NCBI GenBank assembly: GCA_030390025.1 | Contig: CM059427.1 | Span: 158,782,001 to 158,846,000 of the forward strand | From: Squalus acanthias | Taxonomy: Eukaryota | Length of the DNA stretch: 64,000 bases | Direction: 5' to 3' | Part shown: positions 40,062 to 52,553 of the stretch, piece by piece | Layout of the letters: each line of letters starts with the position of its first letter | How positions within the stretch are numbered: the stretch's first letter is position 1 | Translations under genes and position numbers: made by a program | The notes under the pieces: generated by a model | What the model was told of the DNA's origin: nothing | The model's database searches: none | Seen by the model: only the letters and a program-made list of their open reading frames with translations

Positions 40062-42464
40062 AGTCATCGAGTTATACAACACAGAAAGAGGCCCTTCGGC
40101 CCATCGTGTCCGCGCCGGCCATCAAGCCCTGTCTATTCTAATCCCATTTTCCAGCACTTGGTCCATAGCCTTGTATGCTATGGCGTTTCAAGTGTTCATC
40201 TAAATGCTTCTTGAATGTTGTGAGGGTTCCTGCCTCTACCACCCTTTCAGGCAGTGAGTTCCAGATTCCAACCACCCTCTGGGTGAAAAAGCTTTTCCTC
40301 AAATCCCCTCTAAACCTCCTGCTCCTTACCTTGAAACTATGCCCCCTGGTTATTGACCCTTCTACTAAGGGGAAAAGTTCCTTTCTATCTATGCCCCTCA
40401 TAATTTTGTACACCTCAATCAGGTCCCCCCTCAGCCTTCTCTGCTCTAAGGAAAACAACCCCAGCCTGTCCAGTCTCTCTTCATAGCTGAAGCGCTCCAG
40501 CCCAGGTAACATCCTGGTGAATCTCCTCTGCACCCTCTCCAATGCAATCACATCCTTCCTGTAGTGTGGCGACCAGAACTGCACACAGTATTCCAGCTGT
40601 GGCCTAACTAGCGTTTTGTACAGCTCCATCATAACCTCCCTGCTCTTATATTCTATGCCTCGGCTAATGAAGGCAGGTATCCCATATGCCTTTTTAACCA
40701 CCTTATCTACCTGTCCTGCTGCCTTCAGGGATCTATGTACATGCACACCAAGGTCCCTCTGATCCTCTGTCCTTCCAAGGGTCCTACTATTCATTGTGTA
40801 TTCCCTTGCCTTGTTAGTCCTCCCAAAATGCATCACCTCACACTTTTCAGGGTTAAATTCCATTTGCCACTGTTCTGCCCATCTAACCAACCCGTCTATA
40901 TCGTCCTGTAGCCTGAGGCTTCCCTCCTCGCTATTTACCACCCCACCAATTTTTGTGTCATCTGCGAACTTACTGATCATACCTCCTACATTCATATCTA
41001 AATCATTAATGTACACTACAAACAGCAAAGGACCCAGCACCGATCCCTGCGGTACACCACTGGACACAGGCTTCCAGTCACAAAAACAACCTTCGACTAT
41101 CACCCTCTGCCTCCTGCCACTAAGCCAACTTTGGATCCAATGTGCCAAGTTGCCCTGGATCCCATGGGTTCTTACCTTCTTGACCAGTCTCCCATGCGGG
41201 ACTTTGTCAAAAGCCTTACTGAAGTCCATGTAGACCACATCAACTGCACTACCCTCATCCACACACCTAGTCACCCCCTCGAAAAATTCAATCAAATTGG
41301 TCAGACATGATCTCCCCCTGACAAAGCCATGCTGACTATCCTTGATTAATCCTTGCCTCTCCAAGTGGAGACTAATTCTGTCCCTCAGAATTTTTTCCAA
41401 TAATTTCCCTATCACTAATGTTAGGCTCACTGGCCTGTAATTCCCTGGTTTATCCCTACTACCCTTCTTGAATAATGGTACTACATTAGCTGTTCTCCAG
41501 TCCTGTGGCCAGAGAGATTCTGAAAATTTGTGTCAGAGCCCCTGCAATCTCCTCCCTTGCCTTACATAGCAGCCTGGGATACATCTCCTCTGGGCCTGGG
41601 GATTTATCCACTTTTAAGCCCACTAAAACCGCTAGTACCTCCTCCCTCTCAATACTAATTTGTTCAAGTATATCACAATCCCCCTGCCTGATTTCTATGC
41701 CTACATCTTCCTTCTCCATAGTGAACACAGATGCAAAATACTCATTTAAAACCACACCTACATCTTCTGGCTCTACACACAGATTACCACTTTGGTTCCT
41801 AATGGGCCCTACTCTTTCCCTGGTTATCCTCTTGCCCTTAATATACTTATAAAACACCTTGGGATTTTCCTTTATTTTGCCCGCCAGTGTTATTTCATGC
41901 CCCCTCTTTGCTCTCCTAATTTCTTTTTTAAGTACCCTCCCCCCCTCCACTTTCTATACTCCTCTGGAGCTTCCACTGTTTTTAGTACTTTGTATCTGCC
42001 AAAAGCCTCCCTTTTTTTCTTAATCCATTCTCGTATATCCCTTGACATCCAGGGTTCCCTGGGCTTGTTGGTCCCACCCTTGACCTTTACAGGAACATGT
42101 TGCCGTTGTACTCTCTCTATTTCCTTTCTGAAAGACTCCCACTGCTCTGATGTGGATTTTCCTATAAGTAGCTGATCCCAGTCCACTTTGGCCAGATCCT
42201 GCCTTATCATATTAAAATTATCCTTCCCCCAATTTAGAACCTTTATTTCCGGTCCATCTTTGTCCTTTTCCATGACTACCTTAAATCTCACCGAATTATG
42301 GTCACTGTCACCAAAATGCTCTCCTACTAACACTTCTACCACTTGCCCGGCTACATTCCCTAGAATTAGGTCCAGTACCGCCCCCTCTCTTGTAGGACTT
42401 TCTACATGCTGGCTCAAAAAGCTCTCCTGGATGCACTTTAAGAATTCCGCACCCTCTAAGCCTT
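40062..42464 (-). mobile_element. CR1 family B, 5'-truncated, RT largely intact
   Basis: 430-aa ORF 40138-41430 ([23 protein letters not shown]) plus upstream frameshifted ORFs. Confidence 0.95.
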
Positions 42465-42791
42465 ATATCATCATCACTGTTTGCCACACCCCCAAGTTTG
42501 GTGTCATCGGCAAATTTAGAAATTCTACTCTGTATTCCAACATCCAGGTCATTTATATATATCAAAAAAAGCAGTGGCCCCAGCACTGACCCTTGGGGAA
42601 CACCACTGTCTACCATCCTCCAGTCTGAAAACCAGCCATTTACCACAACTCACTGTTTTCTATCCTTAAGCCAATTCCTTATCCAAGCTGTCACTGACCC
42701 ACCTATTCCATGAGCCTCAATTTTGTTAACCAGCCTTCTATGTGGTATTTTGTCAAACGCCTTCCGAAAATCCATGTAGACAACATCCATT

Positions 42792-44455
42792 ACATAGGAT
42801 ATACGGCACAGAAACAGGCCATTTGGCCCAACCAGTCCATACCGGCGTTTATGCTCCACACGAGCCTCCTCCCGTCTTTCCTCATCTAAATCTATTCTCT
42901 TCTCCCTCATATGCTTGTCTAGCCTCCCCTTAAATGCATCTATACTATTCGCTTCAACCACTCCCTGTGGTAGTGAGTTCCACATTCTCACCACTTTTTG
43001 GGTTTCTTCTGAATTCCCTATTGGATTTCTTGGTGACTATCTTATATTGATGGCCTCTAGTTATGCTCTTCCACAGAAGTGGAAACATTCTCTCTATCCA
43101 CCCTATCAAAATTTTTCATAATTTTAAAGACCTCTATTAGGTCACCCCTCAGCCTTCTATTTTCAAGAGAAAAGAGACCCAGCCTGCTCATCCTTTCCTG
43201 ATATGTATACCCTCGCATTTCAGGTATCCTCCTTGTAAATCTTCTCTGCACCCTCTCCAGTGCCTCTATATCCTTTTTATAATATGGTGACCAGAACTGT
43301 ACACAGTACTCTCTAAGTGTAGTCTAACCAAGGTTTGATACAGGTTTAGCATAACTTCCCTACTTTTCAATTCTATCCCTCTAGAAATAAACCCCAGTGC
43401 TTGGTTTGCTTTTTTTTATGGCCTTGCTAACCTGTGTTGCAACTTTTAGTGATTTGTGTATTTGTACCCCAAGATCCCTTTGTTCCTCTACCCCACATAG
43501 ATTCACACCCTCCAAGGAATAAGTGACCTCCCTATCCTTCTTACCAAAATTTAATACCTCACATTTATCTGTGTTGAACTTCATTTGCCAATTATATGCC
43601 CATTCTGCAAGTTTATTAATGTCCTCCTGTAATTTGTTGCAGTCCTCCTCAGTATTGACTATGCCCCCCCAGTTTGGTGTCATCCGCAAATTTAGAAATT
43701 GTGTTTTTGATTCCAAAGTCTAAATCGTTAATGTAAATTGTGAACAGCAGTGGTCCCAGCACTGATGCATGTGGAACACCACTACCCACCTTCTGCCACT
43801 GAATAGCTACCCTTTACTCCTACTCTCTGCTTTCTGTCCTGAAGCCAGCTAGCAATCCATTCTGCTACTTGTCCCCTGACTCCGCATTCTCTGACCTTGT
43901 TCATCAGTCTATTATAGGGTACCTCATCGAAGGCCTTTTGAAAATCCAGATAAATTACATCTACTGCATTACCATTGTCTACTCTTTCTGTTAGCTCTTC
44001 AAAAAATTCAATGAGGTTGGTCAAGCAAAACTTTCCCTTTTGAAATCCATGCTGACTATTCATTATTATATTTTTGGTTTCTAGATGTTCTTCTATTTTC
44101 TCCTTTAATAGGGATTCCATTATTTTTCCTACCACCGACATTAAGCTGACTGGTCTATAATTCCCTGGACATGTTCTATCCCCCTTCTTAAATATCGGTA
44201 TTACATTAGTTATCCGCCAGTCCTCTGGCACTACACCTTTTTCTAATGAATTATTAAATATGTGTAGTAATGCCTCTGCTATCTCTTCCCTAGATTCTTT
44301 TAAAATGCGTGGATGCAATCCATCTGGACCAGGGGTTTTATCCTCTTTGAGTTTGATTATTTAATATATCCCCTTTTTTATTTTAAATGTACTTATCTCA
44401 TTACTAATCTCATCATCCAATGTCATGTCCGCCTGTTCTATCTCGCTGGTAAATA
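42792..44455 (-). mobile_element. CR1 family C, decayed RT fragment
   Basis: ORFs 43057-44318 with RT motifs. Confidence 0.9.
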
Positions 44456-44606
44456 TTGAGACATAATTTGTAGGATGAAGGGGAAATCCCCTTCCTATAA
44501 GTGGCTGATATTCCAGCCATGCCCAGAAATAGCTCAGGGACTGGACATTCCCACGAACACATCAGGCCTAGAAAGTCCATAAGAATTGACAGAAATGATG
44601 AAATCT

Positions 44607-46965
44607 ACATAAGAAATACAAGCAGGAGTAGGCCATACGGCCCCTTGAGCCTGCTCCATCATTCAATAAGATCATGGCTGAACTTCTACATCAACTCAAA
44701 AATCTTCTACTGGCACATAAACAGTAAGCGGGTAGTAAGAAGTGGGGTGGGGCCTATTAGGGACAAAGAAGGTGATATATGCTTAGAGGCGCAGGGCAAG
44801 GCTCGAATAGTCAATGAGTACTTTGTATCGATATTTACTAAGGAGGTGGATGCTGAAAATATCGATAGAAGTGGAAAAGGTAGAAGCAATGGAAGGGATG
44901 GAAATTGATAGACAGAATGTAATAGAAAGGCTGGGTATGCTTAGAGTGGATAAGTCGCCTGGTCCAGATGGCTTGCATCCCAGATTGCTAAGGGAATTGG
45001 GGGAGGAGATAGCGGAAGGGCTTGCCATAATTTTCCAATCTTCTCTAGATGCGGGCGAGGTGCCTGAGGATTGGAAAGTGGCAAATGTGACACCATTGTT
45101 CAAGAAAGGGTATAAGGACAAACCTAGTAACTACAGGCCAGTCAGTTTAACATCAGTGGTGGGTAAAGTTTTAGAAACAATAATCAAGGAAAAAATTAAC
45201 GGGTACTTGGAGAGGTTCAAGCTAATTCAGGAGAGCCAACACGGATTTGTAAAAGGCAGATCGTGTTTGACTAATTTAATTGAATTTTTTGATGAAGTAA
45301 CGGAGGATTGATGAAGGGAATACAATGGATGTTGTCTACATGGATTTTCGGAAGGCGTTTGACAAAGTACCACATAGAAGGCTGGTTAACAAAATAGAGA
45401 CTCATGGAATAGGTGGGTCAATGGCAGCTTGGATAAGGAATTGGCTTCACGACAGAAAACAGCGAGTTGTGGTAAATAGCTATTTTTCAGACTGGAGGAT
45501 GGTAGACAGTGGTGTTCCCCAAGGGTCAGTGCTGGGGCCACTGCTTTTTTTGATATATATATATAAATGACCTGGATATTGGAATACAGAGTAGAATTTC
45601 TAAATTTGCCGGTGACACGAAACTTGGGGGTGTGGCAAACAGTGAGGATGACACCAATCGACTGCAACAGGACATAGAAAGGCTAGCAGAATCGGCAGAC
45701 AAGTGGCAGATGGAATTTAATACAGAGAAGTGTGAGGAGATGCATTTTGGCAGAAGGAACAGGGAGAGGCAATATACACTTAATGGCACAGTTTTGAAGA
45801 CTGTGCAGGGACAGAGGGACCTGGGAGTTAATGTGCATAGGTCCCTGAAGGTGGTGGGACATATTGAGAGAGAGGTTAACAAAGCATATGGGATCTTGGG
45901 CTTCATAAATAGAGGTATTGAGTACAATAGTAGAGAAGTTATGCTGAACCTTTATAAAGCGCTGGTTAGGCCACAACTGGAGTATTGCGTCCAGTTCTGG
46001 TCACCACACTTTAGGAAGGATGTGAAGGCCCTTGAGAAGGTGCAGAGGAGATTTACCAGAATGGTTCCGGGGATGGGGGATCTTAGCTACAAGGACAGCT
46101 TGGAGAAGCTGGATTGTTTTCATTAGAGCAAAGAGGTTGCAGGGTGATTTGATAGAGGTGTACAAGATTATGATGGGTTTGGATAGGCTAGATGGGGAAA
46201 GGCTGTTCCCACTAGTTGATGGTACAAGGACTAGGGGACACAGATTTAAGGTTTTGGGCAAGAGATACAGGGGGGATGTGAGGAAAAACTTTTTTACGCA
46301 GCGAGTGGTGAGGACCTGGAACTCGCTGCCGACAGAAGTGGTGAAAGCGGAGACACTCAATGTTTTCAAGGGGAGACTGGATAGGCACTTGAGGGAAATA
46401 AACTTGCAGGGCTACAGGGATAGAGCAGGGGAATGGGACTGACTGGATTGCTCTACAGAGAGCCGGCACGGACTTGATGGGCCGAATGGCCTCCTTCTGT
46501 GCCAATATGACTATATGACTATAACTCCACTTTCCTGCCCTATCCCTTGATTCCTTTAGTGCCCAAGAACCTATCGACCTTCGTCTTGAATACACTCATC
46601 AACTGAGCATTCACAACCCTCTAGGGTAGAGAATTAAGATTCACAACACTCTGAGTGAAGAAATTTCTCCTCATCTCAGTCCTAAATGGCCGACCCCTTA
46701 TCCTGAGATTATAACCCCTAGTTCTGGACTCTCCAGCCAGGGGAAACAGCCTCCCAGCATTACTCTGTCGAGCTCTCTGTAAATGTTATACGTTTCAATG
46801 AGATCACTTCTCTTCTTCTAAACTTCAGAGAATATAGGCCCATTCTACTCAATCTCTCCTCATAGGACAATCTTCTCATCCCAGGAATCAACCTGGTGAA
46901 CCTTCGTTACACGTCCTCTAAGTCAAGTATATCCTTCCTTAGGTAAGGGGACCAAAACTGTACAC
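44607..46965 (-). mobile_element. CR1 3' fragment D, split (44607-44697 and 46523-46965) by element E
   Basis: 3' UTR resumes after duplicated AACTC. Confidence 0.8.
44698..46522 (+). mobile_element. CR1 element E (family A), 5'-truncated, TSD AACTC
   Basis: RT ORFs 44814-46442, (ATGACTAT)n tail, AACTC at 44693-44697 and 46523-46527. Confidence 0.92.
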
Positions 46966-47405
46966 ATTGTTGAACTCAATGCTGAACAGAAGGTTGTAAA
47001 GTGCCTAATCGAAAGAGTCAACAATTTCAGATCATAACCTCTGTCCCCATTTTTTCAGACATCAGGTGCTGATTCTGCTATTCCCATTTACACCTCTTCT
47101 AGACCCATCTTCTGTTTCTTTACTTATCCCATTACCACCTCTTTTTGCCTTGCACCATTATCACTTTTATCATTCAATCTCCTGCCTTCCATCCTATCTC
47201 AGACCTTCCCTTTTGTTCTTTCCTCCCATCCCCCTTTGTCTCTGTATTTGCTTAAAACTGTTACATCGGTAACATTTTCCAGTTCTGATGAAAGGTCATC
47301 GACCTGAAATGTTAACTCTGTTTCTCTCTCCACAGATGCTGCCTGACCTGCTCAGCATTTTCTGTTTTTATTTCAGATTTCCAGCATCCACAGTATTTTG
47401 CTTTT
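46966..47405 (+). mobile_element. Penelope-like element 3' fragment
   Basis: Pyrimidine-rich body and CTGATGA-stem-GAAA motif shared with 56407-56678. Confidence 0.7.
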
Positions 47406-47635
47406 GACTTAATAAAAGGCTCTGAGTTGCCTTGGATTTAAGTACTGACCCTCATTATTTTGGCTTTAATTATTGAACCTGTCTAACTAATATGGGTTTG
47501 ATTACTGATTTCTTTAATTTGGATTTAATCATTGATCCCCTCTCTAATTTGGGTTTAATAATCTCACCTTGTTTACCTTTCCCATTACATTTTATTGAAA
47601 CTCTCCTTAAACACAGAACAGCTACAGGTGGGTTA

Positions 47636-48100
47636 CATAGAACTACAGAGAATGTACAGCACAGAAACAGGCCATTTGCCCAACTGGTCTATGCCGGTGT
47701 TTATGCTCCACATGAGCCTCATCCCACCCCTCTCCATCTAACCCTATTCAGCATTTCCTTCTATTCCTTTCTCCCTCATGTACTTATCTAGCTGCCCCTT
47801 AAATGCATCTATGTTATTCACCTCAACTACTCCATGTGGTAGCAAGTTCCACATTCTCGCCACTCCCTGGGTAAAGAAGTTTCTCCTGAATTCCTTATTG
47901 GATTTATTCGTAACTATCTTATATTTATGGTCCATACTTTTGGTCTCCTCCACAAGTGGAAACATCTCTACGTCTACCTTATCAAACCCTTTCATAATCT
48001 TAAAGACCTCTATCAAGTCACCTCTCACCCTTCTGTTTTCTAGAGAAAATAGCCCCATCCTTTTCAATCTTTCCTGATAGTTATAACCTCTCAGTTCTGG
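47636..48100 (-). mobile_element. CR1 family C 3' fragment
   Basis: YQERLKRMGLFSLENRRVRGDLIEVFKIM. Confidence 0.88.
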
Positions 48101-48697
48101 GGTGGAATTGTTTTCTATTGGCCATGACTGCAGGTTCTGTTTCAATGTGGGGGACAGTGTTTCAGGCACTCGGAGTTTCATTAACCATTTACTGATTTTA
48201 ACCATTCATGGTGGTGGAAGAGAGTGAGGGGATTTAGTTCTATCTCTCCTACCATGCACATTAAACAATACTAAAAAAAATGAATGATGTTGCCAGGACT
48301 GGAGTATGTGACTTTGTGTCTCCCACTGAAATGTGAGAGGCGTTGTTCAGCATCATTGGGAAAAGAGCCTCGTCCTAACAAGCCCAATCACAGAAAAGTA
48401 CTTTTTTTCAAACCAGGGGCTTGGAGTCAGTAAATAGCCAATGCTCAGTGACGTAAGAAAACTACTAGGCACTTGGTCTAAGCGTTAAACAAAGCTTTAA
48501 TCAACTGTTTTCCAACATGGAGATCTAGTTATGTCCTTCACTAGTTCCTGTTGAAGAATGTCCTAAGCAAGCTGGGCCCATGCCCGAGTATTTATACTCT
48601 CCCTGGACAGCGCCACCAGCAGGCCGCCCAGTATTACTTCATACAAGATTCATGTCATTCTTCTCGTCTGAAAGATTGGAAGTCCGGCGGCTTCCTT

Positions 48698-49720
48698 CTA
48701 CCGAATTAGCCGGACTAAGAATAGACGCAGTCGTTTGGATTTCCGTTGGAGGCCGGAAGGCACGTCTCCTCGGACTGTGTTTTGGTCCCTGGGTCGCTTG
48801 GTTTGTACCAGCGGGCTGGCAGAGTCCGTGTCGCCTTGATCGACCTGAGGGGGACTGGGGAGATCGTGGCTCCGGGTGCGGGTCCCCACCGGCGCAGAGC
48901 TGGCTTCATCCTGCTCAGTAGCCGATGATTGACCGGCGTCCTGGCTTCGGGTGGCCACCCCGAAGGAAGCGCTCTGTTCCCTGGGTTGATCCAGCAGAGT
49001 AGCTGACAGATCCCTTGATATCCCGGGTAGGGCGTCACCCTCAGAGGAGCGCGGAGTATCGGCGTCGTTAATACGGATCTCTCTATCGATTGGGTCCGTG
49101 GGACCAGTTGGGCAGGGAGCCAGATCCCGAAGTGAAACTGTGGACTCCCGGCCATCAGGGTACCGCACGTACGCGTATGTAGGATTGACATCCATTAGTT
49201 CCACCTCGTCGACGAGGGGATCACTCTTGGAGGATCGGATGAATCTTCGGAGCAGCACGGAGCCAGGAGCTGCCAACCATGATGGTAGGGACGTTCCATG
49301 AGTGGAGCGACGCTGGAACCCGAAGAATCGTTCGTGAGGAGTAACATTGGTGGATGTAGAAAGAAGAGACCTGATGGAATGCAACACGTCAGGGAGCATA
49401 GTTTCCCACTGCTGGTCTGGTAGATTGCATGACTTCAGTGTAATACGAACAGCGTTCCAAATGATAGCGTTGTATCTCTCAACCTGTCCGTTTCCAATAG
49501 GATGATATGGTGTCGTTTTACTTGTGGCGATTCCCCGTTGGGAAAGATAACTTTTGAGTTCGCTTGACATGAAGGAGGGACCCCGATCAGAGTGGATGAA
49601 ATTGGCCGTACCGCAAAGGGAAAAGACCTGATCGAGGCATTTGATCACTGTGGAAGTAAGCATATTGGGACAGGGGAAAGCAAAGGGAAAGCGTGAATAT
49701 TCGTCCACCATAGTAAGCAA
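48698..49720 (-). CDS. Gypsy integrase core/C-terminus (partial frame)
   Basis: VDEYSRF, HSDRGPSF, YHPIGNGQVER (DDE). Confidence 0.9.
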   Translation of the reverse strand: MLTMVDEYSRFPFAFPCPNMLTSTVIKCLDQVFSLCGTANFIHSDRGPSFMSSELKSYLSQRGIATSKTTPYHPIGNGQVERYNAIIWNAVRITLKSCNLPDQQWETMLPDVLHSIRSLLSTSTNVTPHERFFGFQRRSTHGTSLPSWLAAPGSVLLRRFIRSSKSDPLVDEVELMDVNPTYAYVRYPDGRESTVSLRDLAPCPTGPTDPIDREIRINDADTPRSSEGDALPGISRDLSATLLDQPREQSASFGVATRSQDAGQSSATEQDEASSAPVGTRTRSHDLPSPPQVDQGDTDSASPLVQTKRPRDQNTVRGDVPSGLQRKSKRLRLFLVRLIR

Positions 49721-49872
49721 GTAGGTGTTTCACGTTGAGGAAGGCAATGGCCCTCTAAAGTCAATGCTGAGTCGCTGCATAGGTTGTGTAGCGTGTATGA
49801 GCGAGCCATCCGACGGACAGAAGAATTGCGGTTTTAATTCCGCGCAAATTCTACAAGTGGAGCATGTACTTT

Positions 49873-51027
49873 TCACGTAGAAAATGGGAGATTTTTAGAT
49901 CGCACAAAGTGCAACATACGGGTAACGCCAGGATGGCATAAGTCAGTATGAAGATCCGCAAGAGTCGAAGTTGACATGGAAGAGCAGAATGCACGCGTGA
50001 GGGTATCCGGGGACACATTATCCTTGCCGGGTCGATACTGTATGGTGTAGCCAAAGGCAGCCAATTCCATCCTCCAGAGCTGTATTTTGTTATTCTTGAT
50101 TTTAGTGCATTTCCGATTATCCAGCATAAAGGCCACTGAGCGCTGATCGGTTATGAGCGTGAAATGGCGACGAGCGAGAAAATTACTCCATTTACGTACT
50201 GCTTCGATGATAGCCGTAGCCTCCTTCTTGACAGGAGGATAATGGAGCTCGCTACCCTGCAAAGTTCTAGACAGAAATGCAACGGGTCGACCGCCTTGAT
50301 TCAAGGTAGCCGAGATCGCCACCTCCGATGCATCGCACTCGACCACGAAAGGGAGATTTTCATCGATGGAATGAAGCGCGGCTTTTTCCAGTTGTTGTTT
50401 GAGGAGGTCGAAAGCTGAAATAGCCCTCGCCTGCAATGGAAATGACTTCGCGTGAAGCAGGGGCTGGATCTTGTCAGAAAAGTGAGGTAGCCACTTCCCA
50501 TAATAGGCGAACATGCCGAGGGCCCGACGAAGAGAGCTGAGATTCGTAGGAGGAGGGAGCTCCTGCAGCGGATGAAGTCGCTCCGGATCCGGTTTGATGA
50601 CACCATTGCCCACCCAGTAGCCAAGGATGTTGACTGATGGTACTGATTTCACAGATTTGGACTCATTTAAGGTTAAGTTGTGACGACGGAGAACGTCAAG
50701 AAATTTCTGGAGGTTGGCATCATGCTCCTTCTGGTCATGACCAGCAATGGTGATATTATCCAGATATGGAAAAGTGCCTGTTAAGTTCTCCTGTTTGACT
50801 AGGCTATCCATTGCCCGTTGAAAGACGACCACCCCATTGGTGACCCCGAATGGAAGGCGACGAAACTGGTAAAGCCGACCATTGGCCTCAAAAGCCGTAT
50901 ACTTTTTGTCAGAGTCCTTTAACAGTACTTGATGGTCTGCGCTCTTTAAGTCAAAAGTTGAAAATACCTTGTAGTTAGCAAGGTTATTGACCATGTCATC
51001 GATGTGTGGTAGTGGGTAGGCATCCAA
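49873..51027 (-). CDS. Gypsy reverse transcriptase / RNase H (partial frame)
   Basis: DAYPLP, KYTAF, LPFG, YLDN, CDAS, TDQRSV motifs. Confidence 0.9.
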   Translation of the reverse strand: MDAYPLPHIDDMVNNLANYKVFSTFDLKSADHQVLLKDSDKKYTAFEANGRLYQFRRLPFGVTNGVVVFQRAMDSLVKQENLTGTFPYLDNITIAGHDQKEHDANLQKFLDVLRRHNLTLNESKSVKSVPSVNILGYWVGNGVIKPDPERLHPLQELPPPTNLSSLRRALGMFAYYGKWLPHFSDKIQPLLHAKSFPLQARAISAFDLLKQQLEKAALHSIDENLPFVVECDASEVAISATLNQGGRPVAFLSRTLQGSELHYPPVKKEATAIIEAVRKWSNFLARRHFTLITDQRSVAFMLDNRKCTKIKNNKIQLWRMELAAFGYTIQYRPGKDNVSPDTLTRAFCSSMSTSTLADLHTDLCHPGVTRMLHFVRSKNLPFST

Positions 51028-51224
51028 GTCGGTATACTGGTTAATAGTTTGCGAGTAATCGATGCAAAGACGTTTCTTGTATTGCTTCAGAGGATTTTTA
51101 ACAACAACGACTTGAGCCCGCCAGGAAGATGAACATGGCTCAATGATACCGTCAGCTAGAAGGCGAGAGATCTCTGCCTCGATAAAGGATAGGTCATCTT
51201 GGCTGAAACGTCATGATTTAGTGG

Positions 51225-52553
51225 CTATGGGCTTACATCGGGGGAAAGATTGGCAAACAAGGAGGGCTCGTCGAGTGAAGCCGCCGAAAGTGCACAAAAC
51301 GGTACTTTGGAAATAGTAAGCTCCGGCTTTGATCCTCCAAACTCGAAAGTGAGTCTTTTGTGTTGTTTTTGGAAATCCTGTCCCAGGAGCACATCACTGC
51401 ATAGGTTTTTGAGCACCCCGAGCCGGGTAGAGAAATAAGTGCGGCCATTGAGAATAAGGTCAACAAGACAAAAGCCAGAAGAGTTAGTGGTCAGTGTCGT
51501 CAGAGCCATTGCAATTTCCCTGTCCGAGGGGTAAATACGCAGTTTTAACTTACTGACAGCCTGCTCACTGATGAAGCTGTCAAAGCTGCATGAGTCGATT
51601 AATGCACTCAAAATGTGCCCATTTACTGAAACCTTTGTGGCTGCATGGGACAGGCTTTGGGGAAAAACAGCTGTGATGGGAGGAGGGGCAGTTTTATCCT
51701 TGACAGCTGTAACATTAGTAGTGGCTCTTGGGGGAGGAGCAGTTTTATAGGGAGCAGCTGTAACCCTGGAAGAGGCTCTTGACTGACATACTTTCGAGAA
51801 GTGACCTTTCTTACTGCAATGATTGCACATTGCATTATGAGCAGGACAAAATTTCCTATAATGAAATGCACCTCCACAGAAGAAACACTTCCTTTTAGAT
51901 TGCCAAGATGCCGCTAGGGTAGGGTCGTCATCAGCTAGGATAGAGTCGTCATCAGTGAGGGCTTCCGCCTGAGGCTTATCGGAGGAGTCACTAAAAGTGA
52001 TAGCAGCAGTCCGTGCACATGGTAAAAGATAGGCATCTGCATTTTTCTTTGCCAAGTCCAGAGAATATGCCTGGTCATAGGCAGCTTGTAACTTGAGGGT
52101 TTTATTCTCCAGCAGACGCTGGCGTATGAAGGGAGACGCAATTCCATTAATAAAAGAATCACGAATTAAGTCCTCCTGGTACTGCTCAGCTGAGACAGCC
52201 TTGAGATTACAATCTTTGCTGAGCCTGCGAAGCTTTTGAAGGAATTTGTCAAGTGATACCCCGGGTTGTTGTCGAGTTGTGGCCAGTAGATGCTGAGCAA
52301 AAATTTCGTTTGGGGCCTTAACATATAGTTGCTGTAGTATTCGGATAACGGAGTCATAGTCTATACAGTCTTCGATATAGTCAAACACATAAGGGGATAC
52401 ATAATTGGCAAGTATCTCTAACTTATCAGGAACATTCTCAGCACACACCCTGAGGAAGTTGCTGAAGGTAAGATACCAGTGTTTCCATACCTTAGCAGTT
52501 GTAGGTGAATTCGGGTCCAGGTCGAGACGGGTGGGTTGGAGTAGTTTCTCCAT
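51225..52553 (-). CDS. Gypsy gag-protease
   Basis: Two Zn knuckles (CFFCGGAFHYRKFC, CNHCSKKGHFSKVC) and aspartic protease motif ALIDSCS. Confidence 0.9.
   Translation of the reverse strand: MEKLLQPTRLDLDPNSPTTAKVWKHWYLTFSNFLRVCAENVPDKLEILANYVSPYVFDYIEDCIDYDSVIRILQQLYVKAPNEIFAQHLLATTRQQPGVSLDKFLQKLRRLSKDCNLKAVSAEQYQEDLIRDSFINGIASPFIRQRLLENKTLKLQAAYDQAYSLDLAKKNADAYLLPCARTAAITFSDSSDKPQAEALTDDDSILADDDPTLAASWQSKRKCFFCGGAFHYRKFCPAHNAMCNHCSKKGHFSKVCQSRASSRVTAAPYKTAPPPRATTNVTAVKDKTAPPPITAVFPQSLSHAATKVSVNGHILSALIDSCSFDSFISEQAVSKLKLRIYPSDREIAMALTTLTTNSSGFCLVDLILNGRTYFSTRLGVLKNLCSDVLLGQDFQKQHKRLTFEFGGSKPELTISKVPFCALSAASLDEPSLFANLSPDVSP

Larger units (their letters stand above)
38289..42791 (-). mobile_element. 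CR1 element A, split into 38289-39140 and 42465-42791 by a 3.3-kb insertion
   Basis: Joining across the duplicated ATAT restores [16 protein letters not shown]; same family as the + copy at 44698-46522. Confidence 0.88.

Noticed and set aside
39844-40203. 119-aa ORF as a complete PQBP1-like protein
   Set aside because: Similarity stops at the GT donor at 39917; the rest is intron and antisense CR1
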